A stretch of DNA of 64,000 nucleotides, from assembly GCA_009914755.4 (NCBI GenBank), contig CP086569.2, positions 2,848,001 to 2,912,000 of the forward strand. The letters run 5' to 3'. Source of the DNA: the human T2T-CHM13v2.0 reference genome, Homo sapiens. A program made the translations under genes and the position numbers. A model generated the notes under the pieces. That model was given only the letters and a program-made list of their open reading frames with translations. It had not been told where the DNA came from and did not search any database. Numbering within the stretch: position 1 is the stretch's first letter; each line of letters starts with the position of its first letter. Below, piece after piece: positions 55,159-64,000 of this stretch.

Positions 55159-55215
55159 GCTCTCTGGAGTGATGATCCTGATGTAACTGGCCCCTGGAGA
55201 GACATTTGGGATAAT
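55159..55215 (+). CDS. Candidate 57-nt internal coding exon, phase 0, peptide ALWSDDPDVTGPWRDIWDN. Speculative
   Basis: Polypyrimidine tract plus acceptor 'tatctattttaacAG|gctctctgg' and canonical donor 'gataatg|GTAAGTttgg'. One frame is open across all 19 codons and the other two are stopped. The flanking sequence is non-repeat. Confidence 0.2.
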
Positions 55216-57961
55216 GTAAGTTTGGTAACTATTTCTTTTTTTTTTTAGTGGTAATGAAATGTCATTGAGATTTTCTTTTATCTTTCTTGTTATAAGATGT
55301 TAAATACACTTTGATGCCAAAAAATAACCAGAATTCTTGATATTCTGCATTCCTGATGTTTCATTTCAATTTTGACAAAAGACCATGAGATCTGCAGAGA
55401 AAAAAAGAAGAGCTATATTTTCTATAAGCAGTCTGCAGATTGGGGAGATACAACCTTCAATGCAAACTGAAAATGTGCTCTGAGGAGAGGTTGCAGAGTT
55501 AGAGCTTATAAAGGCACAAACAGTAGGGCAAGAGAAGGGAGTTAGGAGAGTGAGAAATAGAATGTTTTGACTGGATGAGCTTTAAGCCCAAACTCATCAG
55601 TCTTTCTTAATTGACTGGTTTCAGGTGATTAATTTGTTGACAGGAGATAGTCTGTTGGTGATCAGTTGGGAAATATCCAGCTGCAGTCTATCTCAAGATT
55701 GACAACAAGAATTAGTTTGGCTTCATTGTGAAAAGGTAGGTTCATTGACACTTTTACATCTTTCAGAGAACACAGAGTGGGTGACCATTCCCTCACCCAG
55801 CCATGGCCACCTAATTCTGTTTAACTTGGAGCACCTCGGTGAGGCATGGGGAGTCCATATTATCTGTCAACTGGGCGCATAGTTCAACGTTGAACAAAAG
55901 TGACAGAGCTTGGGTTTATAAGTATTTTGTTTACATGTAACATGATGAGACAGGCACTAGGTATATTGTTTTTTAATCTCAAAATTCAAGCTGAAAGATT
56001 AAACTTGATTATTGTTGATTTATGGAAGTTTGGGGTCATCTTAAGTTCTAAAAATTTTTGTTTTAGAAAATTTAACTTATATTTTAATAAATTAGTATAA
56101 AATTTTGCATCTAGTTTGTTCAGGTGATTTCTAACATTTTAGTAAAAAATGTATTAATCATTAATGTATTAATGATCTTTTAAGAGTCTTTGGATCAAGA
56201 ACATTGTTAATTAGTGAATTGCTTTCAATTATGCGAAAATGAGCAGAAATAAAATGGATTATATACAGACTATGTTGCAAGTTAATATCTGGAAGCCTGA
56301 TTTTATACCTATCTAATCTATGCAAACAATTTTCATCAAACTGCCAGTTTCTCATCTTTGAAAGAAAAATTTGAAGCTTATTTTTCATTTCTGGCTAGTT
56401 CATGTTGTCCATTAACTCTTCCCTCCCAGAAATTTCTTTCAAATAAGAAGAGTTTAACTGATTATTAGAAAATTTCAGTATAGAAACAGATAAAATAGTA
56501 TTGATTAATCAGAAGCAATCCAAATAGTTTAATGTCTGGTTACTTCAATTTTTTTTGTTTATTCATTTTAGATTTTTATTTCCTAGTGCCACAGTTATTT
56601 AAAAGTGGATTAAGATTCAACTAAAAAGTAGAGCTATATAATCTGTATAATAGCAGATGTAATTGACACAAATCCAGAGAATTTACCTTAAAGAATAAAC
56701 AAATTTAACATGCTATAAAAATAATGTGTCATAAATTAAGTGAACAAAATGTCAAGAAAAGTTTAAGTTTTTAAATATATCTAAGTAATTATAAATGCAT
56801 TTCTTTCTCTTTTTTTTTAGTAGCATTAGGGGAAAATTGTAAGTAACGTAATTGTAAATGAATAGCTTGAATGTAAAATACATTACTTCCCCGCCTAGAT
56901 CTTTTTTCTAATTTTGTTTTTATTGACACATTATAATGGTTTATATTTATAGAGTACGTTGTGATGTTTCCATACATATATACATTGTATAAAATCAAAT
57001 CAGAATATTTAGCATATTCATCATCTCATACAGTTACCATTTGTTTGTGGTAATAACATTCAAAATTCTATCTTGTAGGTATTTTGAACTACACCATACA
57101 GTATAGTTAACAATAGGCACCCTGCTGTGCAAATAGAGCACCAGAACTTATTTCTCCTAAGTATAACTGTAAACATTGGCCACTCTCTCCCTATTACTCT
57201 TCTACCACCCCCCTTTAAAATTTTGGCCGCATTTTCTTTTGGGCAAGCAGAAACAGCAGTTAAGAGGAGTAAGAAGTTCCAGACTAGTGGTTCTGAATTC
57301 TGCACACATATCAAAATAAGTCTGGTGAAGGGGTTAAATTTAAAAGTATTTGATTTCAGGTCCTCACACCCAGATTAATTAACACAAAATATCTGGAGGT
57401 AAAGGCTAGGTATTTTGAAAAATAATAAACCTCGGTGATTTCATTTCACAGCTAGAAATAGAACCAGTGCTTTAGACAGGTATTTTTTTTAAATTAGATA
57501 TAATAAATTATTTGTTTTAGCATAAGATTAAATTTCTATAAAAAGCATATATTCTAGTGTGAGGAATATAATTGCACACTATGTGCCATAGTAGAATATA
57601 ATTTGGCTACTTCTAGAATACATTTCAAAATACATATTTATTATATATTACAGCAGAATGTGTGAGTTTCTTTGTTTTGTGGCTATGGTCTAATGTGAAC
57701 TATTTTATCATGCCTTTCTAAGCATGCATTCAGAGTTTATATGTAAAATCTGAAAAAATACCCATAGTATAATTACAATTTTAAAAAGTATGTGAATTAT
57801 AACCCTATTTTTTAAATGTAAGTTATTTACAGTATTTTTACATGAATTTTATTTGTTAAAGTATTTTGATTAAAAATATAACACATTTTTATTATTTTAG
57901 AAAATAAAGGCACAAAAACCTGTAACGATTCATAAATCAAAATCTATAATTGGGGTTATAT

Positions 57962-59700
57962 AATTTTTATTTTTATTTTATTTTATTTCAACAGCTTTTG
58001 GGGTACAAGTGATTTTCTGTTACATGGATGAATTATACAGTGGTGAATTCTAAGATTTTGGTGCACCCATCACACAAGTAGTGCACATTGTATCTGATGC
58101 GTAGTGTTTTATCCCTAGTTCCCCTCCCACCCTCCCCCTTCTGAGTCTTTAAAATCTATTATATCACTCTGTACGCCTTTGCATATTGACAGCTTAGCTC
58201 CCAATTAGGAGTGAGAACATACAGCTTTTGGTTTACAGACCCTGTGTTGCTTCACCTAGAATAATGGCCTCCATTTCCATCCAAGTTGCTGCAAAAGACA
58301 TTATCCTTTTCCTTTTAATGGCTAAGTAGTAATCAATGGTGTATATATACCACATTGTCTTCATAGTTTCAAACTTCTTTTAGCATTTCTTTTGGTGTTG
58401 ATTTGGTAATAACAAATTCACTCAGCATTCATTTGTCTGAAAATTACTTTATTTCTCCTTCATTTATAAAACTTAGTTTTGTGGGATACAAAATTATTGA
58501 CTGACAGTTGTTTTGTTTAAGGAGGTTGAAGACACGTCCCCAATCTGGTTTGTAAGGTTTCTGCTGAGAAGTCTGCTGTTAGTCTGATAAGTATTCTTTT
58601 GTAGGTTATCAGAGGCTTTTGTTTTGCTGATCTTAGAAGTCTTTCTTTCATGTTTACTGTACATAGCATGACAGCTATATACCTTGGTGAAGATATTTTT
58701 GCAGTGAACTTCTCAGGAGTTCTTCGAGCTACTTGGATTTGCATATCTAGATCTCTAGCCAGGACAAGAAAGTTTTTCTCAATTATTCCCTCAAATAAGT
58801 TTTTCAGATTTATTATTTTCTCTTTTGCCTCAGGAACATTAATTGTTCTTAGATTTGGCCATTTTACATAATTCCATATTCTTGAAGACCTTGTGAATTT
58901 CTTTTGATTCTTTTTTCTTTAATTTTTGTCTGATTGGGTTGATTCAAAAGACTTGTCTTTGAGCGCTTAAATTTTTTCTTCTATTTGTCCTACTCTATTT
59001 TTAAAACTTTCTACTGCATTTTGTAATTCCCTCAGTGTGTCTTTCATTTTCAGAAGTTCTGACTGTATTTTTTAAATTATGATATCACTCTCTCTAGAAA
59101 TTTTTTCATTCATATGCCAAACTGCTTTTTAAGTATCTTTATGGTGGTTTTTACCTCTCTCTGATATCTTCTTGAGTAGCTTAATACTTGACCTTCTGAA
59201 TTCATTATGTGGTATTTCAAAGATTTCTTCTTGGTTTGAGTCCATTCCTGGAGAGCTAGTGTGATCTTTTGGGGGTGTTATAGCATCTTATTTTGTCATA
59301 TTACCAGAATTATTTTTCTGGTTCCTTCTCATTCAGGTAGACTATTTCCCTCTAGTTATTCTTGAGCTTATGTTTGATTTTACTGTGGATTTTTGTTTTG
59401 TTTTATTTTTAAATCTTTTTTTCTTCTTAATGACGATACTTTAATGCTTATGGTAAATTATAGCCTAATTCGGTTCTTGGTGCTTTCAGGGGTGAAGATT
59501 GTAAAAGTTCTTTGGTTACAGAGAGTCTTTGTATGATGGCTTTCTCATATTCTGGTTGTAGTAGCAATGTGCTTGGTATATGAGCAAGTTTACTATCTCC
59601 TATGGGGTTGGAAGGGTAAAGGTCTCTTAAAGCTTATCTCATTACCCCGTGGCATGCACTCCTTATTTATTTATTTTACCTCAGTATTTTATGTACTTTT
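57962..59700 (-). mobile_element. L1 (older primate-type), antisense: 3'UTR and ORF2 C-terminal end joined almost directly to the ORF1 C-terminus, with most of ORF2 absent
   Basis: poly-T/A-rich tail then 'ttttggggtacaagtgattttctgttacatggatgaattatacagtggtgaattctaagattttggtgcacccatcacacaagtagtgcacattgt...gagtgagaacatacagcttttggttt' (L1 3' region). 'ctgagaagtctgctgttagtctgataag' and minus ORF 58517-58744 '...RLLRSAKQKPLITYKRILIRLTADFSAETLQTRLGTCLQPP' belong to the ORF1 C-terminus. Confidence 0.7.
58517..58744 (-). pseudogene. L1 ORF1 C-terminal remnant
   Basis: Compare L1 ORF1p '...MLRAAREKGRVTLKGKPIRLTADLSAETLQARREWGPIFNIL'. Confidence 0.75.
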
Positions 59701-62190
59701 TTGATGTTTCAGACTTCAGGCCAGTAGAGGACATATCCCTGAGTAGAAATTGGTTGCAACTAAAGCACGTGGCTAAGTGAAATATCAGCCTTGTCAGAGG
59801 TGGCTGGAAGAGCTTTCAATGAATTGCACCGAGGTCTTATCAAGGGGAAGGGTTGGAGCCACCTTAGCTTCCCCGCCAGATCAGCAGGAAGGTCCACCTC
59901 TCAAACACACTCTTGTCCCAGTCCTATGACTATTCAGATCAGACAGGCACCCCTTTTTATCTATAGGAATGTTCATATTCCAAGTAGAGTGAAATTGTGA
60001 TTCTCTCTCATGCACGGCTGAACCTGGAGGGTGCTCTTCCTGTGGGGATGCAGTCACACCTTACGTGTTCCAGAAAGGTGGTCTGTAGTTGCACCAACAC
60101 AGAACACACCTGGGGGAAGCTCCAACTGTGACTACAGTGGTGAGCAAAAGAAGAAAGACTTCCTTTTCCTCAAGACCCTTCATGCACACCAGGGCTGTCT
60201 GTATTGGGATAGAGCTGAAGACTTTCCCTTCTGAGTTAAACACTGCAACTGTACCTCTGCTAAAAGAAGCTTTCTACCAGGGGATAGATCTGTTTCTCAA
60301 GGCCTGCCATCCAGATTCTTTTGTCCCACAGGGTTTTCCCTTATGATACACTCCCCCTTCACCTAGGACTGGGAGTTCCTAGGAGTCAGACTACTGTGAG
60401 TGTTGTCGTTCTTAGGGGTCTAGCTGCCCAGTGAAGTTGCAACACTTCAGGCTGGTACTGGAGAATGTCTGCAAGGATCCGGTGATGTGACCTGTCCTCA
60501 AGTTTCCCAACAGTAGATAGCAGCACAAGCTCTAATGGGGGTCACAGGGAAGTGATGTAGACTCTGTGAAATTCCTTGGTTATTGATAGCCTTAGTGTTT
60601 TGGCTTTCTTGAACTTCAGTTATAGTACAATGAACTGGTCACATGGACAGACTCAGGACCTCCTGGTTGGCCAAAGTGGCGCAGGCAGTGGTGATAGCTG
60701 AGATCACACAAGCATTTTGTTCTTCCTGGGTACAGTGTTATTATGCCAGGAGAAACTGTAATGGACTGTGTTCGTTGGCCTCCAGCCAGGAGGTGGTGCC
60801 TAGAAAAGAGCACTAGCTACCGTAAAAACAGTTTGATTTTTGCTTCCTTAATTGCCCAAGGAGGTATTCTGGTTTCTCAGGCAATTGGCAGGGCCATGAA
60901 GCTCTCAAAATATTCTGTATTTTGTGTTAAGCTACCAGGGTGGGTGGTGGGGCAAAGCTAGGTAGAGGTTGGGTCAACACCATTTGCACTTTGGATTTTC
61001 ATGTACAGGGCAAGCAGCAACACTTGTGGGTTTGGGGGGATGAGAGTAAGGCAGGAAAATAGGGTCTGGAGGCAGGAAACATAGGCCGACTCACACTTCA
61101 CCTATAACAGGTAATACTCTCTCCATAGGGGTATGCCTTAAATTATTTTGTAACTTTACTTCATCCTCTCCATTTACATAGGGCGAACCCAAAGTAACCA
61201 ATGGAATCCTCTAGGGAGTATTTAAACTCCCCAAAATTCTGTAAGAGGACCTTTGAGCCCCTATGCTCCAGCCTGCTCCCACACTGTGGAGTGCACCTTC
61301 ATTTTCAACAAAACCCTTCATTCTTTCCTTTCTTTGTGCATTTTGTCCAATTCTTTGTTCAAGACGCCAAGAACCTGAACACCCTCCATGGTTAACAGGA
61401 GCGGGTCTCAGGCCAGTGGGTTGATGTTTCAGAGAGGAATATTGATGCCTGTACTGCACAGAAGTTTTTGTACAGTGAATGGGGAGTAGCAGGCTGCAGT
61501 AAGCCCCACAGAGTTGCCACATACCTGGTGAGGCAGATCCACACCTGCAGTGCTCCACTGAGAGCAGTGAGCTGAGTTCCAGTCAGCCTTTAATCAGACC
61601 TCACCACTGCTAGTAGTCCTAAGTTTTCCGTGGGGAGATAGAAACCGCAGCTTTCAGGCCAGGCTGTCAGCTGAAATGCTGAGCTCCTGCCTCCTGCACT
61701 TGGTACTCCTGCACTCACAGCCTGCTTTACTCTCTCTGTCACCTTGGCCCTGGCCAAGGGAATTTATCCCCACCCAAGGTTATATCATGAAACCCTGTTA
61801 GGAGTTTCTTTCAACCTGTGACAACTACTTGAAATTTTTTGCTGTTCTCCACAGGGTCCTTTCTGAGAAACAGTAAGGAATGACTGCCCTCAGCCCACAC
61901 TGGAATCTGGGAGTGCACGCAAGGGTCTTCCCATAACTGCTCCTAATGTTGTATTCCGCAACCTTCCCCAAGTCAGTTCCTGCACTGGGTGGAACTAGGG
62001 CCTTCCCCAGTGGCCTGGACTTTCAGGGACCCTGTGGGAGTGTGTATCCTGGAGGCAAACTCTCCCCGTCTCACACCCTGGGGACTGGCAGTCCTTCATC
62101 TGACTCACATTGTAGGCTGCAGCCTCCTACTTGCTTCAAAGTGTCCATAAATTTCTTTGGTTTTCCTGTTCAGTTCCTACACTGCTTCTT
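59700..62190. other. GC-richer repeat-like block of uncertain class. It is either the L1 upstream/5'UTR region in antisense, or an ERV LTR in sense carrying a promoter-like CCAAT/TATA module at 61190-61400
   Basis: 'tagggcgaacccaaagtaaccaatggaatcctctagggagtatttaaactccccaaaattctgtaagaggacctttgagcccctatgctccagcctgctcccacactgtggagtgcaccttcattttcaacaaaacccttcattctttcctttctttgtg' has CCAAT, TATTTAAA and an AATAAA-like motif in plus orientation. Confidence 0.3.
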
Positions 62191-62482
62191 GTAAAAAAAT
62201 TTACACCGTGAATTTCTACAAATTATTTTGTCCTTGCAAGTGGGAGAGGTATGCTAGCAACGCCTCTTATCTACCATTGTAAAAATAATGGGATTGTATT
62301 TTTGAAAGTAGATTTGTATCCTGTTTTTTGGCTTAATAAATATTTTAGTCTGAATTCTGTCATGTTATTGACTATTATTTAAAAACCGTTTTTTAGAAGC
62401 TACATTATATTATAAAGTGTTAATGTGGCATTTTTTTTTAATTTTTCTGTTGTAAATATTATTGTAAAATACTACAATTAGA

Positions 62483-62630
62483 GGTTGGTGACATGTTCCT
62501 GTAATTTCAGCTACTGAGGAAGCTGAGGTGGGAGGATCTCTTACACCAGGAGTTTGTGACCATCCTGGACAACATAGCAAAGCCATCTTAAAACACACAA
62601 TCAAACAAACAAACAGAAAAAAATGTTACA
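62483..62630 (+). mobile_element. Free Alu monomer-like element (FLAM/FRAM-type) with A-rich tail
   Basis: 'ggtgacatgttcctgtaatttcagctactgaggaagctgaggtgggaggatctcttacaccaggagtttgtgaccatcctggacaacatagcaaagccatcttaaaacacacaatcaaacaaacaaacagaaaaaaa'. Confidence 0.6.
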
Positions 62631-62656
62631 ATTAAAAATACTTGCCCACCTTTGAA

Positions 62657-62777
62657 ATATTCCCAATTAAATATTTCCAAAAGAGTAACTGGTTCAAATA
62701 TTATTAGATATTATTAGAATATTTCAAATATTCCCAATTAAATATTTCCAAAAGAATAACTGGTTCAAATATTATTA
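62657..62777. repeat. Local duplication of a 51-bp segment (2 copies, 20-bp spacer)
   Basis: 'aatattcccaattaaatatttccaaaaga(g/a)taactggttcaaatattatta' at 62657-62707 and 62727-62777. Confidence 0.85.
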
Positions 62778-63724
62778 ATATGTTTCTCAAATTGCTTGTC
62801 TGGTTTTATCAATTTATATTATCAGCAGATGTACCAACAAATATCTTTGATATTTTGAGCTTAATGGCTTCTAAGAAAGCAAAATTAACTTTTGCCCTAA
62901 GACTGAAAACTTTGTAGGATAAAAGAAATTTCTTCCAATATACTGAAAATCTCTCATAAATTACTGGCTCCTGTCCTTGTTAACAAGCATGGGCTATGGG
63001 AATAAGTTCTAGTAGTAGAAAATAGCAGGGGATCCCTGAAACAAATGTCTCAAAGAGCAGAAATGACTAGAGAGTTGGGTAGAACCTATTTCAAACTGTG
63101 TCATAATGAGAAAAAGTAATTATAAACTAATATCATAAACACTGAAACTTTCCCTCCCAGAAGCAAGTTTATCTCCTGTGGTAACAGTTATATGAGTAAA
63201 TCTAAAGAGCCCATATTTTGTGGCCTCCAAGCAAATTTTGGCATGAAAATCACCTGGATAAGAAAAGTGTTAGTGGAAATGAATTTAGACTATTCCTCAT
63301 CAATCTTTAGTGACCTCACTGTTGAAGCAAGTGTTTTTAGAATAACATTATTTCCAACACAATCAGAATAATGAGGATTACAGAAATATAATGAGAATAA
63401 TCAGAAGTCTCACTCAAATATTTTCGACGTTGTGTAGTGATTATAGATTATGAACTCACTGGATACAATTTTATAGATGAGCATACTTTAAAACCTTTAA
63501 AAAATATGTTTTCTTCTATGATTTTTTTTTTTTTTTTTGCCAGATGACAGGGAGACGCAGATCTGACTCCAATTTAAATAAAAGCCCTCATATTGCATGG
63601 CGTTAGACATGAAAGATAATATTAATTTAGGCCCCCAACTCAATTGAGGCTTGATTTATGGCCATGGATTGTCAGAAGAGATTATTGCAACCTTCATCCA
63701 AAGCAGTTCATAGCTGAGATAGGT

Positions 63725-64000
63725 AAAGTCCCTTTTTTATTTTTTTTGAGACAGGGTTTCACTCTGTCACCCCAGCTGGAGTGCAATGGCACAATCATGG
63801 CTCACTGCAGCCTCAGCCTCATGGGGCTCAAGTGATCCTCCCACCTCAGCTTCCCTAACAGCTGGGACTGCAGGTGCATGCCACCATACCCAGATAATTT
63901 TTGTAATTTTTATAGAGATGGGGTTTTCCCATGGTGCCCAAGCTGGTCTCAAACTCCTGGGTTCAAGTGATCCTCTCACCTCAGCCTCCCAAAGTGCTAG
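63725..64000 (-). mobile_element. Alu SINE (AluJ-like), antisense; runs off the window end
   Basis: 'ttttttattttttttgagacagggtttcactctgtcaccccagctggagtgcaatggcacaatcatggctcactgcagcctcagcctcatggggctcaagtgatcctcccacctcagc...'. Confidence 0.9.

Overview
This window is primate (almost certainly human) nuclear DNA, not a prokaryotic locus. It is AT-rich and dominated by interspersed repeats. At least 12 Alu copies or fragments are present, identifiable by their 'ggccgggcgcggtggctcacgcctgtaatcccagc' heads or their antisense 'gagacggagtctcgctctgtcgcccaggctggagtgc' ends plus poly-A/poly-T tails. Several L1 (LINE-1) elements of different ages are present on both strands, recognisable by ORF2 and ORF1 peptide remnants and by the characteristic 3'UTR. 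Two ERV9-type (HERV9) LTR12-like LTR pieces, about 5.1 kb of a class-III ERVL provirus with reverse-transcriptase and integrase remnants, a complete 2.3-kb THE1/MST (MaLR) retroelement and two solitary THE1/MST LTRs are also present. I see no convincing host protein-coding gene. Essentially every ORF in the six-frame track is explained by transposon (TE) coding remnants, by Alu read-through (the peptide motif '...PGWSAVA...SQPPRLK...' recurs in those ORFs), or by chance. The only splice-site-bounded coding candidate is a 57-nt open segment at 55159-55215. The items worth a second look are nested insertions with readable target-site duplications (TSDs), an LTR12-like LTR with tandem CCAAT boxes, a perfect 21-bp inverted repeat, mirrored pairs of an unclassified dispersed repeat at 44.7-53.3 kb, and an L1 that retains ORF1 and its 3' end but lacks ORF2. 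All coordinates are approximate (about ±15 bp). Family names rest on my recall of consensus sequences and should be confirmed with RepeatMasker/Dfam.
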